Positions 28,401-41,200 of a stretch of 64,000 nucleotides of DNA are shown piece by piece. Numbering within the stretch: the stretch's first letter is position 1; each line of letters begins with the position of its first letter. The notes beneath the pieces were generated by a model. The model saw only the letters and a list, made by a program, of their open reading frames with translations, was not told the origin of the DNA and made no database searches. Origin of the DNA: Eledone cirrhosa (lineage: Eukaryota); assembly GCA_964016885.1 (NCBI GenBank), contig OZ024743.1:211482001-211546000 (forward strand), read 5' to 3'. The position numbers and the translations under genes were made by a program.

Positions 28401-31400
28401 ACAGACATGAGGTTAGAATGTCTGAGTAAAGAATCACTGGAGAGCTGTTCCAGGTAGAGCCACTAATTCACTGAATTGAGAGATCACAGCTCTGATATTA
28501 CAGACATGTGGTTAGAATGTCTCAGGAAAGAATCACTAGAGAGCTGTTTCAGGTAGAGCCACTAATTCACTGAATTGAGAGATCACAGCTCTGATATTAC
28601 AGACATGTCGTTAGAATGTCTGAGGAAAGAATCACTAGAGAGCTGTTCCAGGTAGAGCCACTAATTCACTGAATTGAGAGATAATAGCTCTGATATTACA
28701 GACATGTGGTTAGAATGTCTGAGAAAAGAATCACACGGAGCTGTTTCAGGTAGAGCCACTAATTAACTGAATTGAGAGATCATAGCTCTGATACTACAGA
28801 CATGTGGTTATAATGTCTGAGGTATGAATCACTAGAGAGCTGTTCCAGGTAGAGCCACTAATTCACTGAATTGAGAGATCACAGCTCTGTTACTACAGAC
28901 ATGTGGTTAGAATGTCTGAGGAAAGAATCACTAGATAGCTGTTCCAGGTAGAGCCACTAATTCACTGAATTGAGAGATCATAGCTCTGATACTAGAGACA
29001 TGTGGTTAGAATGTCTGATGAAAGAATCACTAGAGAGCTGTTCCAGGTAGAGCCACTAATTAACTGAATTGAGAGATCATAGCTCTGATGTTACAGACAT
29101 GTGGTTAGAATGTCTGAGGAAAGAATCACTAGAGAGCTGTTCCAGGTAGAGCCACTAGTTCACTGAATTGAGAGATCACAGCTCTGATACTACAGACATG
29201 TGGTTAGAATGTCTGAGGAAAGAATCACTGGAGAGCTGTTCCAGGTAGAGCCACTAATTCACTGAATTGAGAGATCACAGCTCTGATATTACAGACATGC
29301 GGTTAGAATGTCTGAGGAAAGAATCACTGGAGAGCTGTTCCACGTAGAGCCACTAATTCACTGAATTGAGGGATCACAGCTATGATATTACAGACATGTG
29401 GTTAGAATGTCTGAGGAAAGAATCACTAGAGAGCTGTTCCAGGTAGAGCCACTAATTCACTGAATTGAGAGATCACAGCTCTGATATTACAGACATGTTG
29501 TTAGAATGTCTCAGGAAAGAATCACTAGAGAGCTGTTCCAGGTAGAGCCACTAATTCACTGAATTGAGAGATCACAGCTCTGATATTACAGACATGTGGT
29601 TAGAATGTCTGAGTAAAGAATCACTGGAGAGCTGTTCCAGGCAGAGCCACTAATTCACTGAATTGAGAGATCACAGCTCTGATATTACAGACATGTTGTT
29701 AGAATGTCTCAGGAAAGAATCACTAGAGAGCTGTTCCAGGTAGAGCCACTAATTCACTGAATTGAGAGATCACAGCTCTGATATTACAGACATGTGGTTA
29801 GAATGTCCGAGGAAAGAATCACTAGAGAGCTGTTCCAGGTAGAGCTGCTAATTCACTGAATTGAGAGATCATAGGTCTGATACTACAGACATGTGGTTAG
29901 AATGTCTGAGGAAAGAATCAGCAGAGAGCTGTTCCAGGTAGAGCCACTAATTCACCAAATTGAGAGATCATAGCTCTGATACTACAGACATGTGGTTAGA
30001 ATGTCTGAGGAAAGAATCACTAGAGAGCTGTTCCAGGTAGAGCCACTAATTCACTGAATTGAGAGATCATAGCTCTGATACTACAGACATGTGGTTAGAA
30101 TGTCTGAGGTATGAATCACTAGAGAGCTGTTCCAGGTAGAGCCACTAATTCACTGAATTGAGAGATCACAGCTCTGATACTACAGACATGTGGTTAGAAT
30201 GTCTGAGGAAAGAATCACTAGATAGCTGTTCCAGGTAGAGCCACTAATTCACTGAATTGAGAGATCATAGCTCTGATACTAGAGACATGTGGTTAGAATG
30301 TCTGATGAAAGAATCACTAGAGAGCTGTTCCAGGTAGAGCCACTAATTAACTGAATTGAGAGATCATAGCTCTGATGTTACAGACATGTGGTTAGAATGT
30401 CTGAGGAAAGAATCACTAGAGAGCTGTTCCAGGTAGAGCCACTAGTTCACTGAATTGAGAGATCACAGCTCTGATACTACAGACATGTGGTTAGAATGTC
30501 TGAGGAAAGAATCACTGGAGAGCTGTTCCAGGTAGAGCCACTAATTCACTGAATTGAGAGATCACAGCTCTGATATTACAGACATGTGGTTAGAATGTCT
30601 GAGGAAAGAATCACTGGAGAGCTGTTCCAGGTAGAGCCACTAATTCACTGAATTGAGAGATCACAGCTCTGATATTACAGACATGCGGTTAGAATGTCTG
30701 AGGAAAGAATCACTGGAGAGCTGTTCCACGTAGAGCCACTAATTCACTGAATTGAGAGATCACAGCTCTGATATTACAGACATGTGGTTAGAAAGTCTGA
30801 GGAAAGAATCACTAGAGAGCTGTTCCAGGAAGTGCCACTAATTCACTGAATTGAGAGATAATAACTATGATATTACAGACATGTGGTTAGAATGTCTGAG
30901 GAAAGAATCACTAGAGAGCTGTTCCAGGTAGAGCCACTAATTCACTGAATTGAGAGATCACAGCTCTGATATTACAGACATGTTGTTAGAATGTCTCAGG
31001 AAAGAATCACTAGAGAGCTGTTCCAGGTAGAGCCACTAATTCACTGAATTGAGAGATCACAGCTCTGATATTACAGACATGTGGTTAGAATGTCTGAGTA
31101 AAGAATCACTGGAGAGCTGTTCCAGGTAGAGCCACTAATTCACTGAATTGAGAGATCACAGCTCTGATATTACAGACATGTGGTTAGAATGTCTCAGGAA
31201 AGAATCACTAGAGAGCTGTTTCAGGTAGAGCAACTAATTCACTGAATTGAGAGATCACTGCTCTGATATTACAGACATGTGGTTAGAATGTCTGAGGAAA
31301 GAATCACTAGCGAGCTGTACAGATAGAGCCGATAATTCAATGAATTGAGCGATCATTGCTCTGATACTACAGACATGTGGTTAGAATGTCTGAGGAAAGA

Positions 31401-34400
31401 ATCATTAGAGAGCTGTTCCAGGTAGAGCCACTAATTCACTGAATTGAGAGATCATGGCTCTGATACTACAGACGTGTGGTTAGAATGTCTCAGGAAAGAA
31501 TCACTAGAGAGCTGTTTCAGGTAGAGCAACTAATTCACTGAATTGAGAGATCACTGCTCTGATATTACAGACATGGGGTTAGAATGTCTGAGGAAAGAAT
31601 CACTAGCGAGCTCTTCCAGATAGAGCCGCTAATTCACTGAATTGAGCGATCATTGCTCTGATACTACAGACATGTGGTTAGAATGTCTGAGGAAAGAATC
31701 ACTAGAGAGCTGTTCCAGGTAGAGCCACTAGTTCACTGAATTGAGAGATCACAGCTCTGATACTACAGACATGTGGTTAGAATGTCTGAGGAAAGAATCA
31801 CTAGAGGGCTGTTCCAGGTAGAGCCACTAATTCACTGAATTGAGAGATCATAGCTCTGATACTACAGACATGGGGTTAGAATGTCTAAGGAAAGAATCAC
31901 TAGAGAGCTGTTCCAGGTAGAGCCACTAATTCACTGAATTGAGAGATCACAGCTCTGATACTATAGACATGTGGTTAGAATGTCTGAGGAAAGAATCACT
32001 GGAGAGCTGTTCCAGGTAGAGCCACTAATTCACTGAATTGAGACATCACAGCTCTGATATTACAGACATGTGGTTAGAATGTCTGAGGAAAGATTCACTA
32101 GAGAGCTGTTCCAGGTAGAGCCACTAATTCACTGAATTGAGAGATCACAGCTCTGATATTACAGAAATGTGGTTAGAATGTCTCAGGAAAGAATCACTAG
32201 AGAGTTGTTCCAGGTAGAGCCACTAATTCACTGAATTGAGAGATCACAGCTCTGATATTACAGACATGTGGTTAGAATGTCTGAGTAAAGAATCACTGGA
32301 GAGCTGTTCCAGGTAGAGCCACTAATTCACTGAATTGAGAGATCACAGCTCTGATATTACAGACATGTGGTTAGAATGTCTGAGGAAAGAATCACTAGAG
32401 AGCTGTTTCAGGTAGAGCCACTAATTCACTGAATTGAGAGATCACAGCTCTGATATTACAGACATGTCGTTAGAATGTCTGAGGAAAGAATCACTAGAGA
32501 GCTGTTCCAGGTAGAGCCACTAATTCACTGAATTGAGAGATAATAGCTCTCATATTACAGACATGTGGTTAGAATGTCTGAGAAAAGAATCACACGGAGC
32601 TGTTTCAGGTAGAGCCACTAATTAACTGAATTGAGAGATCATAGCTCTGATACTACAGACATGTGGTTATAATGTCTGAGGTATGAATCACTAGAGAGCT
32701 GTTCCAGGTAGAGCCACTAATTCACTGAATTGAGAGATCACAGCTCTGATACTACAGACATGTGGTTAGAATGTCTGAGGAAAGAATCACTAGATAGCTG
32801 TTCCAGGTAGAGCCACTAATTCACTGAATTGAGAGATCATAGCTCTGATACTAGAGACATGTGGTTAGAATGTCTGATGAAAGAATCACTAGAGAGCTGT
32901 TCCAGGTAGAGCCACTAATTAACGGAATTGAGAGATCATAGCTCTGATGTTACAGACATGTGGTTAGAATGTCTGAGGAAAGAATCACTAGAGAGCTGTT
33001 CCAGGTAGAGCCACTAGTTCACTGAATTGAGAGATCACAGCTCTGATACTACAGACATGTGGTTAGAATGTCTGAGGAAAGAATCACTGGAGAGCTGTTC
33101 CAGGTAGAGCCACTAATTCACTGAATTGAGAGATCACAGCTCTGATATTACAGACATGCGGTTAGAATGTCTGAGGAAAGAATCACTGGAGAGCTGTTCC
33201 ACGTAGAGCCACTAATTCACTGAATTGAGGGATCACAGCTATGATATTACAGACATGTGGTTAGAATGTCTGAGGAAAGAATCACTAGAGAGCTGTTCCA
33301 GGTAGAGCCACTAATTCACTGAATTGAGAGATCACAGCTCTGATATTACAGACATGTTGTTAGAATGTCTCAGGAAAGAATCACTAGAGAGCTGTTCCAG
33401 GTAGAGCCACTAATTCACTGAATTGAGAGATCACAGCTCTGATATTACAGACATGTGGTCAGAATGTCTGAGTAAAGAATCACTGGAGAGCTGTTCCAGG
33501 TAGAGCCACTAATTCACTGAATTGAGAGATCACAGCTCTGATATTACAGACATGTGGTTAGAATGTCCGAGGAAAGAATCACTAGAGAGCTGTTCCAGGT
33601 AGAGCTGCTAATTCACTGAATTGAGAGATCATAGGTCTGATACTACAGACATGTGGTTAGAATGTCTGAGGAAAGAATCACCAGAGAGCTGTTCCAGGTA
33701 GAGCCACTAATTCACCAAATTGAGAGATCATAGCTCTGATACTACAGACATGTGGTTAGAATGTCTGAGGAAAGAATCACTAGAGAGCTGTTCCAGGTAG
33801 AGCCACTAATTCACTGAATTGAGAGATCATAGCTCTGATACTACAGACATGTGGTTAGAATGTCTGAGGTATGAATCACTAGAGAGCTGTTCCAGGTAGA
33901 GCCACTAATTCACTGAATTGAGAGATCACAGCTCTGATACTACAGACATGTGGTTAGAATGTCTGAGGAAAGAATCACTAGATAGCTGTTCCAGGTAGAG
34001 CCACTAATTCACTGAATTGAGAGATCATAGCTCTGATACTAGAGACATGTGGTTAGAATGTCTGATGAAAGAATCACTAGAGAGCTGTTCCAGGTAGAGC
34101 CACTAATTAACTGAATTGAGAGATCATAGCTCTGATGTTACAGACATGTGGTTAGAATGTCTGAGGAAAGAATCACTAGAGAGCTGTTCCAGGTAGAGCC
34201 ACTAGTTCACTGAATTGAGAGATCACAGCTCTGATACTACAGACATGTGGTTAGAATGTCTGAGGAAAGAATCACTGGAGAGCTGTTCCAGGTAGAGCCA
34301 CTAATTCACTGAATTGAGAGATCACAGCTCTGATATTACAGACATGTGGTTAGAATGTCTGAGGAAAGAATCACTGGAGAGCTGTTCCAGGTAGAGCCAC

Positions 34401-37400
34401 TAATTCACTGAATTGAGAGATCACAGCTCTGATATTACAGACATGCGGTTAGAATGTCTGAGGAAAGAATCACTGGAGAGCTGTTCCACGTAGAGCCACT
34501 AATTCACTGAATTGAGGGATCACAGCTCTGATATTACAGACATGTGGTTAGAAAGTCTGAGGAAAGAATCACTAGAGAGCTGTTCCAGGAAGTGCCACTA
34601 ATTCACTGAATTGAGAGATAATAACTATGATATTACAGACATGTGGTTAGAATGTCTGAGGAAAGAATCACTAGAGAGCTGTTCCAGGTAGAGCCACTAA
34701 TTCACTGAATTGAGAGATCACAGCTCTGATATTACAGACATGTTGTTAGAATGTCTCAGGAAAGAATCACTAGAGAGCTGTTGCAGGTAGAGCCACTAAT
34801 TCACTGAATTGAGAGATCACAGCTCTGATATTACAGACATGTGGTTAGAATGTCTGAGTAAAGAATCACTGGAGAGCTGTTCCAGGTAGAGACACTAATT
34901 CACTGAATTGAGAGATCACAGCTCTGATATTACAGACATGTGGTTAGAATGTCTCAGGAAAGAATCACTAGAGAGCTGTTTCAGGTAGAGCAACTAATTC
35001 ACTGAATTGAGAGATCACTGCTCTGATATTACAGACATGTGGTTAGAATGTCTGAGGAAAGAATCACTAGCGAGCTGTACAGATAGAGCCGATAATTCAA
35101 TGAATTGAGCGATCATTGCTCTGATACTACAGACATGTGGTTAGAATGTCTGAGGAAAGAATCATTAGAGAGCTGTTCCAGGTAGAGCCACTAATTCACT
35201 GAATTGAGAGATCATGGCTCTGATACTACAGACGTGTGGTTAGAATGTCTCAGGAAAGAATCACTAGAGAGCTGTTTCAGGTAGAGCAACTAATTCACTG
35301 AATTGAGAGATCACTGCTCTGATATTACAGACATGGGGTTAGAATGTCTGAGGAAAGAATCACTAGCGAGCTCTTCCAGATAGAGCCGCTAATTCACTGA
35401 ATTGAGCGATCATTGCTCTGATACTACAGACATGTGGTTAGAATGTCTGAGGAAAGAATCACTAGAGAGCTGTTCCAGGTAGAGCCACTAGTTCACTGAA
35501 TTGAGAGATCACAGCTCTGATACTACAGACATGTGGTTAGAATGTCTGAGGAAAGAATCACTAGAGGGCTGTTCCAGGTAGAGCCACTAATTCACTGAAT
35601 TGAGAGATCATAGCTCTGATACTACAGACATGGGGTTAGAATGTCTAAGGAAAGAATCACTAGAGAGCTGTTCCAGGTAGAGCCACTAATTCACTGAATT
35701 GAGAGATCACAGCTCTGATACTACAGACATGTGGTTAGAATGTCTGAGGAAAGAATCACTGGAGAGCTGTTCCAGGTAGAGCCACTAATTCACTGAATTG
35801 AGACATCACAGCTCTGATATTACAGACATGTGGTTAGAATGTCTGAGGAAAGATTCACTAGAGAGCTGTTCCAGGTAGAGCCACTAATTCACTGAATTGA
35901 GAGATCACAGCTCTGATATTACAGAAATGTGGTTAGAATGTCTCAGGAAAGAATCACTAGAGAGTTGTTCCAGGTAGAGCCACTAATTCACTGAATTGAG
36001 AGATCACAGCTCTGATATTACAGACATGTGGTTAGAATGTCTGAGTAAAGAATCACTGGAGAGCTGTTCCAGGTAGAGCCACTAATTCACTGAATTGAGA
36101 GATCACAGCTCTGATATTACAGACATGTGGTTAGAATGTCTGAGGAAAGAATCACTAGAGAGCTGTTTCAGGTAGAGCCACTAATTCACTGAATTGAGAG
36201 ATCACAGCTCTGATATTACAGACATGTCGTTAGAATGTCTGAGGAAAGAATCACTAGAGAGCTGTTCCAGGTAGAGCCACTAATTCACTGAATTGAGAGA
36301 TAATAGCTCTCATATTACAGACATGTGGTTAGAATGTCTGAGAAAAGAATCACACGGAGCTGTTTCAGGTAGAGCCACTAATTAACTGAATTGAGAGATC
36401 ATAGCTCTGATACTACAGACATGTGGTTATAATGTCTGAGGTATGAATCACTAGAGAGCTGTTCCAGGTAGAGCCACTAATTCACTGAATTGAGAGATCA
36501 CAGCTCTGATACTACAGACATGTGGTTAGAATGTCTGAGGAAAGAATCACTAGATAGCTGTTCCAGGTAGAGCCACTAATTCACTGAATTGAGAGATAAT
36601 GGCTCTGATACTAGAGACATGTGGTTAGAATGTCTGATGAAAGAATCACTAGAGAGCTGTTCCAGGTAGAGCCACTAATTAACTGAATTGAGAGATCATA
36701 GCTCTGATGTTACAGACATGTGGTTAGAATGTCTGAGGAAAGAATCACTAGAGAGCTGTTCCAGGTAGAGCCACTAGTTCACTGAATTGAGAGATCACAG
36801 CTCTGATACTACAGACATGTGGTTAGAATGTCTGAGGAAAGAATCACTGGAGAGCTGTTCCAGGTAGAGCCACTAATTCACTGAATTGAGAGATCACAGC
36901 TCTGATATTACAGACATGCGGTTAGAATGTCTGAGGAAAGAATCACTGGAGAGCTGTTCCACGTAGAGCCACTAATTCACTGAATTGAGGGATCACAGCT
37001 ATGATATTACAGACATGTGGTTAGAATGTCTGAGGAAAGAATCACTAGAGAGCTGTTCCAGGTAGAGCCACTAATTCACTGAATTGAGAGATCACAGCTC
37101 TGATATTACAGACATGTTGTTAGAATGTCTCAGGAAAGAATCACTAGAGAGCTGTTCCAGGTAGAGCCACTAATTCACTGAATTGAGAGATCACAGCTCT
37201 GATATTACAGACATGTGGTTAGAATGTCTGAGTAAAGAATCACTGGAGAGCTGTTCCAGGTAGAGCCACTAATTCACTGAATTGAGAGATCACAGCTCTG
37301 ATATTACAGACATGTGGTTAGAATGTCCGAGGAAAGAATCACTAGAGAGCTGTTCCAGGTAGAGCTGCTAATTCACTGAATTGAGAGATCATAGGTCTGA

Positions 37401-38200
37401 TACTACAGACATGTGGTTAGAATGTCTGAGGAAAGAATCACCAGAGAGCTGTTCCAGGTAGAGCCACTAATTCACCAAATTGAGAGATCATAGCTCTGAT
37501 ACTACAGACATGTGGTTAGAATGTCTGAGGAAAGAATCACTAGAGAGCTGTTCCAGGTAGAGCCACTAATTCACTGAATTGAGAGATCATAGCTCTGATA
37601 CTACAGACATGTGGTTAGAATGTCTGAGGTATGAATCACTAGAGAGCTGTTCCAGGTAGAGCCACTAATTCACTGAATTGAGAGATCACAGCTCTGATAC
37701 TACAGACATGTGGTTAGAATGTCTGAGGAAAGAATCACTAGATAGCTGTTCCAGGTAGAGCCACTAATTCACTGAATTGAGAGATCATAGCTCTGATACT
37801 AGAGACATGTGGTTAGAATGTCTGATGAAAGAATCACTAGAGAGCTGTTCCAGGTAGAGCCACTAATTAACTGAATTGAGAGATCATAGCTCTGATGTTA
37901 CAGACATGTGGTTAGAATGTCTGAGGAAAGAATCACTAGAGAGCTGTTCCAGGTAGAGCCACTAGTTCACTGAATTGAGAGATCACAGCTCTGATACTAC
38001 AGACATGTGGTTAGAATGTCTGAGGAAAGAATCACTGGAGAGCTGTTCCAGGTAGAGCCACTAATTCACTGAATTGAGAGATCACAGCTCTGATATTACA
38101 GACATGTGGTTAGAATGTCTGAGGAAAGAATCACTGGAGAGCTGTTCCAGGTAGAGCCACTAATTCACTGAATTGAGAGATCACAGCTCTGATATTACAG
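22474..38200. repeat. HOR domain B of the 99-mer: 35-39 monomer unit, most regular as a 38-mer of 3760 bp; boundaries approximate
   Basis: 1-bp-deletion marker CACAC(A/G)GAG at 25268, 28732, 32591 and 36351 (spacings 3464, 3859, 3760). Second deletion marker GCTGTACAGATAG near 31320, 35080 and 38840 (3760, 3760). The variant set (GGTATGAATC, CTGATGAAA, GATGTTAC) is not seen in domain A. Confidence 0.88.
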
Positions 38201-41200
38201 ATATGTGGTTAGAATATCTCAGGAAAGAATCACTATAGAGCTGTTCCTGGTAGAGCCGCTAATTCACTGAATTGAGAGATCATAGCTCTGATACTACAGA
38301 CATGTGGTTAGAATGTCTGAGGGAAGAATCACTAGAGAGCTGTTCCAGGTAGAGCCACTAATTCACTGAATTGAGAGATCACAGCTCTGATACTACAGAC
38401 ATGTGGTTAGAATGTCTGAGTAAAGAATCACTAGAGAGCTGTTCCAGGTAGAGCCACTAATTCACTGAATTGAGAGATCACAGCTCTGATATTACAGACA
38501 TGTTGTTAGAATGTCTCAGGAAAGAATCACTAGAGAGCTGTTCCAGGTAGAGCCACTAATTCACTGAATTGAGAGATCACAGCTCTGATATTACAGACAT
38601 GTGGTTAGAATGTCTGAGTAAAGAATCACTGGAGAGCTGTTCCAGGTAGAGCCACTAATTCACTGAATTGAGAGATCACAGCTCTGATATTACAGACATG
38701 TGGTTAGAATGTCTCAGGAAAGAATCACTAGAGAGCTGTTTCAGGTAGAGCAACTCATTCACTGAATTGAGAGATCACTGCTCTGATATTACAGACATGT
38801 GGTTAGAATGTCTGAGGAAAGAATCACTAGCGAGCTGTACAGATAGAGCCGCTAATTCAATGAATTGAGCGATCATTGCTCTGATACTACAGACATGTGG
38901 TTAGAATGTCTGAGGAAAGAATCATTAGAGAGCTGTTCCAGGTAGAGCCACTAATTCACTGAATTGAGAGATCATGGCTCTGATACTACAGACGTGTGGT
39001 TAGAATGTCTGAGGAAAGAATCACTGGAGAGCTGTTCCAGGTAGAGCCACTAATTCACTGAATTGAGAGATCACAGCTCTGATATTACAGACATGTGGTT
39101 AGAATGTCTGAGGAAAGAATCACTAGAGAGCTGTTCCAGGTAGAGCCACTAATTCACTGAATTGAGAAATAATAGCTCTGATATTACAGACATGTGGTTA
39201 GAATGTCTGAGGAAAGAATCACTAGAGAGCTGTTCCAGGTAGAGCCACTAATTCACTGAATTGAGAGATCACAGCTCTGATATTACAGACATGTGGTTAG
39301 AATGTCTCAGGAAAGAATCACTAGAGAGCTGTTCCAGGTAGAGCCACTAATTCACTGAATTGAGAGATCACAGCTCTGATATTACAGACATGTGGTTAGA
39401 ATGTCTGAGTAAAGAATCACTGGAGAGCTGTTCCAGGTAGAGCCACTAATTCACTGAATTGAGAGATCACAGCTCTGATATTACAGACATGTGGTTAGAA
39501 TGTCTGAGGAAAGAATCACAAGAGAGCTGTTTCAGGTAGAGCCACTAATTCACTGAATTGAGAGATCACAGCTCTGATATTACAGACATATGGTTAGAAT
39601 GTCTGAGGAAAGAATCACTAGAGAGCTGTTCCAGGTAGAGCCGCTAATTCACTGAATTGCGAGATCATAGCTCTGATACTACAGGCATGGGGTTAGAATG
39701 GCTGAGGAAAGAATCACTAGAGAGCTGTTCCAGGTAGAGCCACTAATTCACTGAATTGAGAGATCACAGCTCTGATACTACAGACATGTGGTTAGAATTT
39801 CTGAGGAAAGAATAACTAGAGAGCTGTTCCAGGTAGAGCCACTAATACACCGAATTGAGAGATCATAGCTCTGATACTACAGACATGTGGTTAGAATGTC
39901 TGAGGAAAGAATCACTAGAGAGCTGTTCCAGGTAGAGCCACTAATTCACTGAATTGAGAGATCATAGCTCTGATACTACAGACATGTGGTTAGAATGTCT
40001 GAGGAAAGAATCACTGGAGAGCTGTTCCAGGTAGAGCCATTAATTCACTGAATTGAGAGATCACAGCTCTGATATTACAGACATGTGGTTAGAATGTCTG
40101 AGGAAAGAATCACTGGAGAGCTGTTCCATGTAGAGCCACTAATTCACTGAATTGAGAGATCACAGCTCTGATATTACAGACATGTGGTTAGAATGTCTGA
40201 GGAAAGTATCACTAGAGAGCTGTTCCAGGTAGAGCCACTAATTCACTGAATTGAGAAATAATAGCTCTGATATTACAGACATGTGGTTAGAATGTCTGAG
40301 GAAAGAATCATTGGAGAGCTGTTCCAGGTAGAGCCACTAATTCACTGAATTGAGAGATCACAGCTCTGATATTACAGATATGTGGTTAGAATGTCTCAGG
40401 AAAGAATCACTATAGAGGTGTTCCTGGTAGACCCGCTAATTCACTGAATTGAGAGATCATAGCTCTGATACTACAGACATGTGGTTAGAATGTCTGAGGG
40501 AAGAATCACTAGAGAGCTGTTCCAGGTAGAGCCACTAATTCACTGAATTGAGAGATCACAGCTCTGATACTACAGACATGTGGTTAGAATGTCTGAGTAA
40601 AGAATCACTAGAGAGCTGTTCCAGGTAGAGCCACTAATTCATTGAATTGAGAGATAATAGCTCTGATATTACAGACATGTGGTTAGATTGTCTGAGGAAA
40701 GAATCACTAGAGAGCTTTTTCAGGTAGAGCCACTAATTCACTGAATTGAGAGATCACAGCTCTGATATTACTGACATGGAGTTAGAATGTCTGAGGAAAG
40801 AATCACTAGAGAGCTGTTCCAGGTAGAGCCACTAGTTCACTGAATTGAGATATCACAGCTCTGATATTACAGACATGTGGTTAGAATGTCTGAGGAAAGA
40901 ATCACTGGAGAGCTCTTCCAGGTAGAGCCACTAATTCACTGAATTGAGAGATCACAGCTCTGATCCAGGATTACTGGATATATGTCATATATACCAGGAT
41001 AACTGGATATATGTCATATATACTAGGATTACTGGATATATGTCATATGTACCAGGATTACTGGATATATGCCATATATACCAGGATTACTGGATATATC
41101 TCATATATACCAGGATTACTGGATATATTCTTATATATACCAGGAATACTGGATTTATGTCATATATACCAGGATTACTGGATATATGTCATATATAGCA

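Larger units (their letters stand above)
1..40964. repeat. 99-bp tandem satellite array (413 full monomers plus an 84-bp terminal partial; runs off the 5' end of the window). Consensus TTAGAATGTCTGAGGAAAGAATCACTAGAGAGCTGTTCCAGGTAGAGCCACTAATTCACTGAATTGAGAGATCACAGCTCTGATATTACAGACATGTGG
   Basis: Read directly. The TTAGAA monomer start recurs at 1, 1981, 3961 ... 23761 (multiples of 20x99). The last monomer starts at 40881 (413x99 minus 7 deleted bases, plus 1). Monomers differ from consensus by only a few substitutions and all appear head-to-tail. The consensus has no CpG. Confidence 0.99.

Noticed and set aside
1-40964. Tandem ncRNA/tRNA/5S gene cluster or coding repeat (99 is divisible by 3 and the monomer can form a hairpin)
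   Set aside because: No ORFs are called in this region, and I see no recognisable tRNA, 5S or snRNA motifs, no Pol III T-run terminator and no spacers. Transcription cannot be excluded but nothing here supports it.
40740-41000. Common ancestry of the two satellites (shared CCAGG, ATTAC, ATGTC; GATATTACAGACATGT versus GATTACTGGATATATGT)
   Set aside because: The matches are only about 5 bp, are not convincingly collinear, and are expected by chance in AT-rich sequence. No intermediate monomers were seen.
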